Shown one piece after another: positions 20,064 through 29,856 of a stretch of 64,000 nucleotides of DNA. Numbering within the stretch: the stretch's first letter is position 1; each line of letters begins with the position of its first letter. A model generated the notes under the pieces. That model had not been told where the DNA came from. It did not search any database and saw nothing but the letters and a program-made list of their open reading frames with translations. Where the stretch lies: NCBI GenBank assembly GCA_902496275.1, contig CABVAC010000006.1, forward strand, positions 19,891-83,890. The letters run 5' to 3'. This DNA comes from an uncultured Collinsella sp. (GTDB taxonomy: Bacteria; Actinomycetota; Coriobacteriia; Coriobacteriales; Coriobacteriaceae). Made by a program: the position numbers and the translations under genes.

Positions 20064-20999
20064 ATGATCCTCACCGTTACGATGAACCCGTCCGTCGATA
20101 CGCGCTATCAGCTCGATGAGCTCATTATCGACGACGTCAACCGCGTGACGCCCGAAAAGACCGCCGGCGGTAAGGGCCTCAACGTGGCCCGCGTCCTGGG
20201 CCAGCTGGGCGACGATGTCGTGGCAACCGGCCTGCTTGGTGGTCATATGGGCGCCTATATGGCCGAGCTCATGGATGCCAACGGCATTAAGAATGATTTT
20301 GTGCCCATCAAGGGCGAGACTCGCATCTGTCTCAATATCCTTCATGCTGGCAACCAGACCGAGTTGCTCGAGAGCGGCCCGACGATTGCCCCCGAGGAAC
20401 TCGATGCCTTTACCGCCAAGTTCGCCGAGCTTGCGAGCAAGGCCGATGTCGTTACCATCTCGGGTTCGCTGCCCCGCGGCGTCGAGGCGGACTACTACGC
20501 CAAGATCACGGGCATTGCAGAGAACGCCGGCGCCAAGGTGCTGCTCGATACCTCGGGCGCCTCGCTCGAGGCTGCGCTCAAGTCCGAGGTCAAGCCTGAG
20601 CTGGTTAAGCCTAACCTGACCGAAATTAACGGCCTTCTGGGCACGAGCTTTACCACCGACGATGTGGACGAGCTCCGTTCCGCGCTCGCCTCTGACGCCC
20701 GCTTCTCCGATATCCCCTGGGTCGTCGTATCCATGGGCGCTGCCGGCTCAGTTGGCTTCCACAATGGCCGTGCGTTCCGCGCCAAGACCCCCGATATCCC
20801 CGCCGTTAACGCTACGGGCTCTGGCGATTCGACCATTGCCGGCTTCGCACATGCGATTGCTGCCGGAGCCGACGACGAGACGGTGCTGCGTACCGCCAAC
20901 ACCTGCGGCAAGCTCAATGCCATGGATCCCATGACTGGCCACTTGGTTATGGATCGTTGGGACGAGGTTTACAACGGCGTTGTCGTGACCGAGCTGTAG
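20064..20999 (+). CDS. lacC: Tagatose-6-phosphate kinase / 1-phosphofructokinase family, copy 1
   Basis: TVTMNPS.D, GGKGLNV, KPN..E, NATGSGDS. Confidence 0.85.
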   Translation: MILTVTMNPSVDTRYQLDELIIDDVNRVTPEKTAGGKGLNVARVLGQLGDDVVATGLLGGHMGAYMAELMDANGIKNDFVPIKGETRICLNILHAGNQTELLESGPTIAPEELDAFTAKFAELASKADVVTISGSLPRGVEADYYAKITGIAENAGAKVLLDTSGASLEAALKSEVKPELVKPNLTEINGLLGTSFTTDDVDELRSALASDARFSDIPWVVVSMGAAGSVGFHNGRAFRAKTPDIPAVNATGSGDSTIAGFAHAIAAGADDETVLRTANTCGKLNAMDPMTGHLVMDRWDEVYNGVVVTEL

Positions 21000-21032
21000 G
21001 AGCTTGTGCTGCGGCCCCGGCATCGGTTGCCA

Positions 21033-21164
21033 GCTCATGTCGACGACAAGTGCAGTAGCATTATGCCGGGGCGCGACGCCGACACTGTCGTGTTCAATCC
21101 CGACCTTACCCTGGTCGAGACGCATGTGGGTGGCAACAGCGTCGGTAATGCGTTTGCCGAGTAG
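21033..21164 (+). pseudogene. nagA: C-terminal remnant of a second nagA
   Basis: Translates AHVDDKCSSIMPGRDADTVVFNPDLTLVETHVGGNSVGNAFAE*, versus nagA AHIEDKCGSIMPGRDADFVVFDHELTLVETYVGGQSVGNAFTE*. Confidence 0.85.
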
Positions 21165-21196
21165 CCGCCAAAGAAACGATCCGAGAGGGGATTTAG

Positions 21197-21670
21197 ATGA
21201 TTTACGGTGCATTGGGCGATATCGAGGAGTACCGCGGAATGCTCAAGGGCCTCGACGTGCTGATCGACTGGCTCGAGGAGAACGATCCGGCGAAGCTCGA
21301 GGTCGGCAGCCATCCGATTCTGGGCGACAAGGTCTTTGCGAACGTCATGGCTCCCACGACGCGTCCCGAAGCCGAGGCTCACTATGAGACGCATCAGCGC
21401 TATCACGACCTGCAGATCGACGTCGAGGGTCGCGAGGCCTTTAAGGTTGCCACGGGCAGCCTGACGCTGGTTCAGGAGTTTGACGAGAAGGACGACTACG
21501 ATCTGGTCGATTCCGACGCCTCGATCGCCGGCGATCTTGCTGACGACAAGTTTGCGCTGTTTGTTGCCGGCGAGCCTCACATGCCCACGCTCGAGTTCCC
21601 GGGCGATGGCGCGCAGCCGGTCAAGAAGATCTGCTTTAAGCTGCTTGCAGACGCTTACTGGGAGGAGTAA
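21197..21670 (+). CDS. YhcH/YjgK/YiaL family protein
   Basis: ETHQRYHDLQ....G.E and EPHMP...KK motifs. Confidence 0.85.
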   Translation: MIYGALGDIEEYRGMLKGLDVLIDWLEENDPAKLEVGSHPILGDKVFANVMAPTTRPEAEAHYETHQRYHDLQIDVEGREAFKVATGSLTLVQEFDEKDDYDLVDSDASIAGDLADDKFALFVAGEPHMPTLEFPGDGAQPVKKICFKLLADAYWEE

Positions 21671-21882
21671 CGAGCCGCTCGGCTGAGCTGTTCGTTTTGC
21701 GAGCGTTATCCCTTGGAGGAATGCGCTTGGGCCCCGCTGATCGCGGTTCCTTTGGGGATTGCGGTTGGCGGGGCTTTCTGTTTTTGAGTAGGGGGGTTGA
21801 GGCCGTTACGATACGTGGATTGGCACGCACGCACTCAAAATCGGCAACAAAAAAGCCGCCCGAAGGCGGCTATCTTGTGCAA

Positions 21883-21958
21883 TGGAGCCAGCGACCGGGC
21901 TCGAACCGGTGACCCCCGCTTTACGAGAGCGGTGCTCTACCAACTGAGCTACGCTGGC
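21883..21958 (-). tRNA. tRNA-Thr (anticodon CGT)
   Basis: GCCAGCGTAGCTCAGTTGGTAGAGCACCGCTCTCGTAAAGCGGGGGTCACCGGTTCGAGCCCGGTCGCTGGCTCCA; 76-nt cloverleaf with encoded CCA. Confidence 0.97.
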
Positions 21959-22165
21959 GGCCATGTGGTGACGCAACTGAGGCGTCAACGGCTGTCTATG
22001 ATACGGGACATCGCAAATCCGCGCAAGGGTTCTGATGGCTTTTCTCACTTTAAATGCACTAATATTAGAGGCGCGATGTCTGCGGCGTCCATCTGGCGCT
22101 TGACCAGCTGTTGAGTTGGTGGTCGACGTCCCGCTCGTATGGGTCTCAAACAGAATGGGGCAGCC

Positions 22166-22648
22166 ATGGCTCAACCCAAGATCCTTCTCACGCGTATCGA
22201 TGACCGTTTCATTTACGGACAAGACGTTGAGCTGTGGAACGAAGCCGTGGGTTCCAACCTTGTCCTAATCGTCAACGATGAGATCGCGGCAGATTCGCGC
22301 CAATGGGCACCCATGAGGGTGGCGGCGCCAGAAGGCGTTTGGACGCGGTTTTTCTCGGTGCAAAGGACCATCGACGTCATTCATACCGCAACGCCTCGCC
22401 AATTGATTCTGATCATGGTGGCCTCACCCTCCGATGCGCTCGCGCTGGTTAAGGGCGGTGTGCCAATAACCAAGATTAGTATCGGCCATATGCGGGCGGG
22501 GGAGGGCAAGCGCTCTGCAACGCCTGCCGTTGCCGTAGGCGATACAGACATCGCCGCCTTCAAAGAGTTGCAAAAGCTCGGTATAGAGCTAGAAATCCGC
22601 TATCTCCCCAGTTCCGCCCCCGATCCCATCGGCAATCTGTTCAACTGA
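22166..22648 (+). CDS. Orphan PTS mannose-family EIIB paralog (phospho-His replaced by Tyr)
   Basis: Colinear with agaV, but RIDDRFIYGQ replaces RIDNRLVHGQ. Confidence 0.85.
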   Translation: MAQPKILLTRIDDRFIYGQDVELWNEAVGSNLVLIVNDEIAADSRQWAPMRVAAPEGVWTRFFSVQRTIDVIHTATPRQLILIMVASPSDALALVKGGVPITKISIGHMRAGEGKRSATPAVAVGDTDIAAFKELQKLGIELEIRYLPSSAPDPIGNLFN

Positions 22649-22713
22649 TCCCTTGGGGACGGAGGAAAACGGATCATTTTGCCTTCGTAGGGGATCTGTG
22701 TGGCGCTGTCCGC

Positions 22714-22867
22714 CAAAACTATGCCAGTTTTCTGCGATGAATTGCTTATCGCCGAGCATGCCAAATTTGCAGAGAATAAAACCGCAGGTAAACGAGCTGC
22801 TAATTTTTTATAAACCAGCGCGTGGTCGGACATAGTGGGTTCATCGTAGTAATTCGGCATAGTTTTG
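22714..22867. repeat. 154-bp MITE-like element, copy 1
   Basis: Terminal inverted repeats CAAAACTATGCC.../...GGCATAGTTTTG; central CCGCAGGTA; same length as 46685-46838. Confidence 0.75.
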
Positions 22868-22973
22868 TTATGTCACCAATTCGGTGGCATCGAAAAGAAG
22901 GATTTAGGCATGAAGCAGCGCCCGTCGGCGGTGTGCCGGCGGGCGCTGCTGTGCGATATGTTGTGTTATGGGC

Positions 22974-24026
22974 TTAGTGCCTCATAAAGTGGTACTCGAT
23001 CACATTACTGTAGGGATGACCCGGGCCCACAATGCCCTGCGGGAACAGCGGCTGGTGCGGCGTGTCGGGGTACATCTCGGCCTCGAGGGCAAAGCCGGCG
23101 CCCCAACCATAGTTGGCATCGTCCTTGGCGTGCTCGTCGCCCAGCCAGTTGCCGGTGTAGAGTTGCACGCCCGGGGCGGTGGTGTAGTAGTCCAGCTCAC
23201 GACCGGTCCACATCTCCTCGACATGTAGGGCGCGACGCAGGTTGCGGCCGTACTGATAGCCATCGATGCACAGGCAGTGATCGTAGCCACGGGCCTGCTT
23301 AATCTGCGGGTCGTCGGCCTCCATGCCGGGTGCGACGGGGCGCAGCTCGCGAAAGTCAAACGGTGTTCCCTCGACCGGAGCGATTTCGCCGGTGGGGATG
23401 TTCTGCTCGTTAATGGGCAAGTAGTGGGCAGCGTTGGCGATAAAGAAGTGCTCACAGTCCATGCCGGCGTTATGGCCGGCAAGGTTAAAGTACGTGTGGT
23501 TGGTCATGGACACGTAGGTGGCACGGTCGCTCTCGCAACCATACTCGATACGGAAGACACCGGTGCGTGTAACGGTAAACACGGCCGTAAAGGTGCGGTT
23601 GCCGGGCAGGCCCAGCTCGCCATCCTTAAGCGAGGTGGTCATGCGCACGGCGTTGTGAGTCTCGTCGAGCTCAACGTCCCATACGCGCTTGTGCAGACCA
23701 TGCTCAAGATCGCTGTGCAGGTTGTTGACGCCTTCGTTGGCCGGCATGTGCCAGTCCGTGCCGTCGATGGTGATCGTGGCGCCCGCGGTGCGGTTTGCCA
23801 CGGGGCCGATGGTCGCGCCAAAGCAGGCGGGGTTGTCAGAGTAATCCTCGAGCTTATCGAAGCCCAGTACCACATCGCGCACGTTGCCGGGAATATCGGG
23901 CACATCGATACCCAGCACGGTGGCGCCATAGTCCATAATGCGAACGCAGATCTCGGGCCCGTTGAGGGTGTAACGATGAACGGAGGTGCCGCACGGCGCG
24001 GTGCCGAAAAGCTCGGAAGTGATCAT
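22974..24026 (-). CDS. galM: Galactose mutarotase
   Basis: DVVLGFD, GATIG..ANR, TNHTYFNL, PGVQLYTGN motifs. Confidence 0.92.
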   Translation of the reverse strand: MITSELFGTAPCGTSVHRYTLNGPEICVRIMDYGATVLGIDVPDIPGNVRDVVLGFDKLEDYSDNPACFGATIGPVANRTAGATITIDGTDWHMPANEGVNNLHSDLEHGLHKRVWDVELDETHNAVRMTTSLKDGELGLPGNRTFTAVFTVTRTGVFRIEYGCESDRATYVSMTNHTYFNLAGHNAGMDCEHFFIANAAHYLPINEQNIPTGEIAPVEGTPFDFRELRPVAPGMEADDPQIKQARGYDHCLCIDGYQYGRNLRRALHVEEMWTGRELDYYTTAPGVQLYTGNWLGDEHAKDDANYGWGAGFALEAEMYPDTPHQPLFPQGIVGPGHPYSNVIEYHFMRH

Positions 24027-24232
24027 TTGGTTCCTAACATCGAGGTATTTCGGACAAACTGTAGCGCGAACAGGCGAGATTATCACTACACCCCACTAAA
24101 GCAGGGGGTATTTTTCTCAAAAAAGTGATGATTGGAGCTGTGCTGGCGTTGATTTTTGACGCGCACGAGTCTGATACAATTTGTTCGTTACTGTTTGAAT
24201 GATATGTGCGCAAAGAACGGCGAGGATTCATC

Positions 24233-24997
24233 GTGATTAAGGCGGAGCGACAGGATAAGGTTCGTCAGCTGCTCGAGGAACAGGGCACGGTCTCGGTCAA
24301 GGAGATCTCGGACGCACTGGGCGTCTCGGATATGACGATTCGCCGCGACCTTGAGGAACTTGCGAGCCTGGGCGAGATCGAGCGCGTGCACGGCGGCGCC
24401 CGTAGTGCACAGGGACGTCCCCACGCTATGTTGCGCCATGAGTATTCGCACAGCGAAAAGCGCACTAAGCATGCCGAGGAAAAGATGCAAATCGCGCGCC
24501 GCGCTGTGGAGCTTATCGAGGAAGGCTCGACCATCTTTTTGGGTACGGGCACTACGGTGGAACAGATGGCCTCGATGCTGCCGGCATTTCGCCTGCGCAT
24601 TGTGACCAATTCGCTTTCGGTGTTTAACCTGCTCGAGGCGCGCGAGGACTGCGACCTGTGCCTCGTGGGTGGTATGTACCGTCGCCGCACCGCCGCTTTT
24701 GTGGGACCAACGGCCGAGGATACCCTGCGTGCACTGGGTATCGACGCTGCGTTTATCGGCGCCAACGGCATTCTGGATGGCGACGTATCTACGTCCAATA
24801 TGGACGAGGGCCGTATCCAGCAGCTCGCCTTTAGCAAGGCAGACTCGCGCTACTTGATCGCCGATTCAAGCAAGATCGGCAAGCGCGACTTCTACACCTT
24901 CTGCCGCCTGGACAGCTTGGACGCCGTGGTGTGCGAACCGGGTATCGCCGCCGAGAATCGTGCCGCCATCGAGGAACACACGCAGGTCATCTGCTAG
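24233..24997 (+). CDS. lacR: DeoR/GlpR family regulator (LacR-like)
   Basis: VSDMTIRRDL, R.HGGA, FLGTGTT, IVTNS, ADSSK motifs. Confidence 0.88.
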   Translation: MIKAERQDKVRQLLEEQGTVSVKEISDALGVSDMTIRRDLEELASLGEIERVHGGARSAQGRPHAMLRHEYSHSEKRTKHAEEKMQIARRAVELIEEGSTIFLGTGTTVEQMASMLPAFRLRIVTNSLSVFNLLEAREDCDLCLVGGMYRRRTAAFVGPTAEDTLRALGIDAAFIGANGILDGDVSTSNMDEGRIQQLAFSKADSRYLIADSSKIGKRDFYTFCRLDSLDAVVCEPGIAAENRAAIEEHTQVIC

Positions 24998-25117
24998 CTA
25001 TCGCTACGGGATTGCTAACAGGCGATGCGGGAGGACTTTTACCTCCTGTCATTGTGGGAGCCAGCGCGTCAGCGCTACGCGATATGACGCGCAAATGAGG
25101 ACTCCACTATCAAATCG

Positions 25118-25413
25118 TCTCAACCTGTAACAGGTAGGGGTGAAATTACCAACCAGATGTTACAGATTGAGATTTTTGACTCGACCTATTCCGTTTGTCT
25201 CGATCTGTAACAACTAGGACCGTTAAATTCAGCTAGATGTTACAGATTTAGATTGGGGGTATTGGTCTGCGCATTCATCTCAATCTGTAACATCTAGACG
25301 TCCAAAACCGGTCCTAGTGTTACCGATTGAGACAATTCGGCGGGGTCTACCTTGTTTGTCTCGATCTGTAACGGTTAGGACTTAAAAACTCGGCTACGTG
25401 TTACAGATCGAGA
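25118..25413. repeat. Array of four 55-bp palindromic units (TCTCRATCTGTAACA-N25-TGTTACAGATYGAGA), ~80-bp period
   Basis: Units at 25118, 25198, 25278 and 25359, separated by 25-26-nt variable spacers. Confidence 0.9.
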
Positions 25414-25429
25414 CAAAAGAAAAAGAACA

Positions 25430-26167
25430 TTAGGACTTGAAAATAAAGTTTTGATAAGGGATTCGCCCAGTTAAGACGGTGCGGCAGACAATTGAGATTA
25501 GTTTGCCTCCGGAGTCGTAAGCATAATGAGTCAGTTCGATGACCGGAAGTTTTGCAACACCATAATTACTGGCTTCGGAATCGCTAAGCTGACGTGCTCT
25601 ATAGCTTTCCCTAACAGATTGGATAGACTTGGACAAGTCGTCCATGATTCTGCTAAATGCCTGAAAATCTAACTGGTTATTCGGAACGCGCGACTTTGAA
25701 ATGAAGAACGTATCAGCGCCTATGAAGCTGCCTTCAAGTTCGTAGGTCAATTCAAGACGCTGAATTTTGTCGCGACTTTGACATCCAAATTGTTGGAGCA
25801 TCATTACGGAAATTGGACGACCTGATGTGAGGCCGCCGAAATGTTTGGTAATGGCATCTGGATCAACGCCATCGCAATGGCTTGCAAAGTCAAAGTCTAA
25901 AAGTGAATTGAGCTCGCTAACGCGTTTCGGTGCAACAAACGACCCCTTACCTTGGATTCGATAGATACTTCCACGACGCTCCAGCTCACTCATGGCAAGT
26001 CGGACGGTTGTTCTGCTTACGGCGTATTCGTCGCAGAGTTCCATTTCTGTTGGAAGTTTATCGTCTGCTTGATATTCATCGACGATCTGCTTGAGCAGCG
26101 CGTCGGTGAGCTGTAAATAGAGTGGCCGTTTTTCGTGTGTATCGAGCATTAGAGCCTCAGTTTGCAT
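25430..26167 (-). CDS. GntR family regulator
   Basis: PLYLQL...[22 protein letters not shown]; visibly lower GC. Confidence 0.88.
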   Translation of the reverse strand: MQTEALMLDTHEKRPLYLQLTDALLKQIVDEYQADDKLPTEMELCDEYAVSRTTVRLAMSELERRGSIYRIQGKGSFVAPKRVSELNSLLDFDFASHCDGVDPDAITKHFGGLTSGRPISVMMLQQFGCQSRDKIQRLELTYELEGSFIGADTFFISKSRVPNNQLDFQAFSRIMDDLSKSIQSVRESYRARQLSDSEASNYGVAKLPVIELTHYAYDSGGKLISIVCRTVLTGRIPYQNFIFKS

Positions 26168-26221
26168 GTTGGTTATACCTGATGGTTGCCTCAGTCGGGA
26201 TGTAACGTGGGCAAGGTAACC

Positions 26222-27142
26222 TTAACGTATCACAGAGCGGCTCAGCATGACGATCTGATGCCTGTATCCACGAAGGGCTTGTCCGAGCGTGAAGATATTC
26301 TGGGGCAGGCAAATACCGTTCATGGAGTCCCCGATATGTTGGAGGTCAGCGCCGGCTGCTTTTGCTGCAAGGCCTATTTTCTTAATGGTCTCGCTGTCGC
26401 AGGAGTCTTGACTCGTCCCGTTCGCCGCCATGACGAGAACCTTCTCTTCAATTGACTTGCCTACGTTGTGGGATCGTACAAAGTCTACGATGGCGCGCAG
26501 GTCTGCTTCTTGGAAGCAAGGGACGGTGTAGGGGGCTGGCACGAGAAGGATATCGACGCCGAGGTCAACAAACTTGCGCGCAATTTCGAGCGTCATGACA
26601 GGTTCCGCAACGCCCGCTCCATGCATTTTTCCGGCTATGACCAGGCCATTGAAATGCTCTTTGGAGAGTTTAATCGAATGGGCGATTGCATCGTTGGAGA
26701 CGCCGGTTCCAGGGTTGCCCGTCAGGCAGATAAAATCAAATCCGAGTTCGTTAACCTTTTCTAAGGTCTTGGGAGAGACGCGACGACCCATGGGGATTTC
26801 CGTTCGGGATTCAGACATCTCTGCCTCGTTATCAACTGGCTCCAGATTGACGCCAATGGGCCTTCCGCATGCTCGCTTCACCCAAGTGACCGGGTTTTCA
26901 TTGAGATCATCTGGAATACCGGCAATAACTGGATCGAACACATCGAGCGCGTTAAACAGAAGCAGGTCGGCACCTGCGGCACGTTCGATTTCTGCATTAG
27001 TAACGCCGCCGAGAAATTGGGAAGAGGGTACGTTTTCCGCCATGATGGTACGTCCCTCGGAAGCCAGAATTGCCTGTTTTAGATCCATGGGTGACGTGGC
27101 GGCAAAATCGGATGCGGACATGTTCAGTAATCGTTTGGGCAT
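26222..27142 (-). CDS. Conserved uncharacterised TIM-barrel-like protein (PEP-mutase-like superfamily, inferred)
   Basis: I.ASEGRT, GVNLEP, LTGNPGTGV, AGKMHGAG, K..GAD..HIGD motifs of a family I recall beside PTS genes. Confidence 0.65.
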   Translation of the reverse strand: MPKRLLNMSASDFAATSPMDLKQAILASEGRTIMAENVPSSQFLGGVTNAEIERAAGADLLLFNALDVFDPVIAGIPDDLNENPVTWVKRACGRPIGVNLEPVDNEAEMSESRTEIPMGRRVSPKTLEKVNELGFDFICLTGNPGTGVSNDAIAHSIKLSKEHFNGLVIAGKMHGAGVAEPVMTLEIARKFVDLGVDILLVPAPYTVPCFQEADLRAIVDFVRSHNVGKSIEEKVLVMAANGTSQDSCDSETIKKIGLAAKAAGADLQHIGDSMNGICLPQNIFTLGQALRGYRHQIVMLSRSVIR

Positions 27143-27498
27143 TGTTACTTCCTTTGACTAGAACGACAGGCTTGTGACATTGTCTCTAATATTGTTACAA
27201 CAATATATTCAATATGTTATATCCAATCGGTGAACGGTTGCAAGCTTATTGTATTGCTCGGAAAAAATAGCCTTTAGCTGGGAAAACATTATATTAATCA
27301 ACTACCGTTCACCGAATAAGTATTTGAATTCTTGACATATCGACAAAGCGGAAAAAGAATTGGTTATGACAAATCGCGCAAATGATATTACATTTCGCAC
27401 AAGAACGTATTCACTTACATAAGTGGATACAAACGGGGACGACGACGGTTGAGTCCGGATAAATCGTTGTGTGCCCGGGAATCATGAAAGGATGTGTT

Positions 27499-29193
27499 AT
27501 GGACGCTATCGTCAAATTCCTTGAAAAACACCAGCCCCTCTTCGACAAAATCTCGAGGAACATTTATCTGGTGGCGATTAAGGATGGCTTTCTCTCGAAT
27601 ATGCCAATTGTGCTGTTCTCGAGCCTGTTCCTTCTTCTTTCGACGCTCCCTGCCTATGTAGGCATCACGCTTCCGTCTGAGGTGCTGGATTTCTTCAATA
27701 AAATCTATGCATATACCATGGGACTTCTTGGCATTATGGTGGCCGGCACCACGGCGAGCTCACTTGCCATGTCGATGAACCGTCGCATGCCTTCGGGTAA
27801 ATCTCTCAACCCCACCTCGTGCATGGTTTGTGCCATGTGCGGCATGCTCTTGCTATCGGTGACGAACGATGTTGTCTCGATTGGCGGAGCAGATACATCT
27901 GTTTTTGAAACCAGCTATATGGGAACCAAGGGTTTTCTCGCTGCGTTCGTAGCCGCATTCTTGACCGTTAATATCTATAAGGTGTGCATTAGCCATAATG
28001 TGACGATCAAGCTTCCCAAAGAGGTCCCTGGCTCTATTGCGCAGAGTTTTCGCGATATCTTTGCATTTGGGTTTTCGATCCTTGCGTGCGCTTTTATCGA
28101 TCTTGCGAGCCGCAAGCTGCTTGCTGTGCCGTTCGCCAATTTGGTATCCGCTCTCATCTCGCCGCTGTTCTCCGCGGTCGACACCTATCCTGGCATGGCG
28201 CTTATCGAAGGCGCGGTCGCGCTTTTCCAATTTATGGGTATCCACGGTGCTTCGGTTGTCATGAGTCCGATCAATGCTGCGCTCTACGGCAATACCGTTA
28301 CCAATCTTGAGGTTTTCCAAGCAGGTGGACACCCGTCAATTGCTCTCACGCAGGACTTTACAAGCTTCATCGGCGGTCTGGGCGGTTCTGGCTGCACGTT
28401 CATCGTTCCTATTATCCTGATCATGTTTATGCGCTCCAAGCAGCTTAAAGCCATGGGCAAGGCATCGATTATCCCAGTGATTTTTGGAGTTAACGAGCCC
28501 GTTATCTTCGGTATGCCGATTGTTCTCAATCCCTATATGTTCGTGCCCTTCCTAGTGGCTCCTATGGTCAACGCCATTATCGGTAAATTTTTCATTGACG
28601 TCATTGGAATGAACGCCCCCATGTATACCATGCCGTGGGCGCTTCCCGGCCCAATTGGTGCGTTCCTCACCACGGGTCTCGATCTGCGTTCTCTCGTATT
28701 GATGGCAGTGCTGTTGGTCGTTGACTTTGTGATTTACTATCCGTTCTGCAAGGCGTATGACCATCAGCTTTGTTTGGAAGAGTCTGCAAAGGAGACTGCA
28801 GGAAACTCGGATGCAGATGCTATTGCCGCACAGGAAAATGTCGCAAAAGCTCTCGAGGCGGTAAAGGACAAGGCGGAGCAGATCCGCGTGCTTGTGCTTT
28901 GCCAGGGTGCCGGCACTTCGACTCTCTTGGCAAATGCTCTTCGCGAAGGTGCCGCTGCTAAGGGTATCGATCTGGTTTCTCAGTCCGGTGCGTACGGAAG
29001 CCACTATGAGACGATGGATCAGTACAACGTGATTGTTCTGGCGCCCCAGGCACGCATGTACTATGACGCTATGAAGGCCGATACCGATCGCCTTGGAATT
29101 AAACTGCTCACCACAAGGGGCAAGGAGTATATCGACCTTACCAACGATCCCGAAGGTGCAATTGACTGGATCGTTCAGGAGCTGGCTAAATAG
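27499..29193 (+). CDS. lacE: PTS lactose-family EIICB (copy A)
   Basis: YL.AIKDGF, IKLPKEVP, GIHG.S, FGVNEP and EIIB LVLCQGAGTS. Confidence 0.9.
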   Translation: MDAIVKFLEKHQPLFDKISRNIYLVAIKDGFLSNMPIVLFSSLFLLLSTLPAYVGITLPSEVLDFFNKIYAYTMGLLGIMVAGTTASSLAMSMNRRMPSGKSLNPTSCMVCAMCGMLLLSVTNDVVSIGGADTSVFETSYMGTKGFLAAFVAAFLTVNIYKVCISHNVTIKLPKEVPGSIAQSFRDIFAFGFSILACAFIDLASRKLLAVPFANLVSALISPLFSAVDTYPGMALIEGAVALFQFMGIHGASVVMSPINAALYGNTVTNLEVFQAGGHPSIALTQDFTSFIGGLGGSGCTFIVPIILIMFMRSKQLKAMGKASIIPVIFGVNEPVIFGMPIVLNPYMFVPFLVAPMVNAIIGKFFIDVIGMNAPMYTMPWALPGPIGAFLTTGLDLRSLVLMAVLLVVDFVIYYPFCKAYDHQLCLEESAKETAGNSDADAIAAQENVAKALEAVKDKAEQIRVLVLCQGAGTSTLLANALREGAAAKGIDLVSQSGAYGSHYETMDQYNVIVLAPQARMYYDAMKADTDRLGIKLLTTRGKEYIDLTNDPEGAIDWIVQELAK

Positions 29194-29354
29194 TGGATGC
29201 ACTCCGTCGTTGATTCGTCGGTGTATGGTACGGCCCCGCAGCTTATTGAGCTGCGGGGCCGTATTTCGTTGAGTATCTAATTGAGACAATGAGCGCAACC
29301 GTCGTGAGATCGCATTGGCGCTCTCCGAGTCACCGACAAACTGCCTTCCATCTA

Positions 29355-29751
29355 TGTGACCAATTCGCTTTCGGCCTTTAGCCTGCTCGAGGCGCGCGAG
29401 GATTGCGAGCTGTGCCCGGTGGGCGGCATGTACCGTCGCCGCACCGCCGCCTTTGTGGGCCCCATGGCCGAGGATGCCCTGCGCGCACTAGGGATTGACA
29501 TGGCGTTTATCGGTGCCAACGGCATTCTGGACGGCGACGTGTCCACGTCCAACATGGAAGAGGGCCGCATCCAGCAGCTCGCCTTTAGCAAGGCCGATGC
29601 GCGCTATCTGATTGCCGACTCCAGCAGGATGGACAGGCGCGACTTCTACACTTTCTGCCGCCTGGACAGCCTGGACGCCGTGGTATGTGAGCCGGGTATT
29701 GCCGCCGAGGACCGTGCCGCCATCGAGGAGCACGCGCAGGTCATTTGCTAG
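29355..29751 (+). pseudogene. lacR: 5'-truncated duplicate of lacR (sensor domain only, no HTH)
   Basis: Closely similar to 24601-24997 from TGTGACCAATTCGCTTTCGG onward. Confidence 0.88.
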
Positions 29752-29856
29752 CTAGCGCAGCAGGAGGACTTTTGCCCTTGCCAGCGCGGGGTTACCGCTT
29801 CACAATGACGCGCAAATAACTTTGGGCAACAAGGATGAGGCTATTCTGAGATATGA

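Noticed and set aside
21883..25066. tRNA-Thr as an integration site, with GGAGCCAGCG near 25057 as an att copy
   Set aside because: Only a 10-bp match, on the 5' side of the tRNA, and no integrase is present
25118..25413. CRISPR array interpretation of the periodic repeats
   Set aside because: Units are degenerate inverted pairs, 'spacers' resemble one another, clusters have only 2-4 units, and no cas genes or leader were seen
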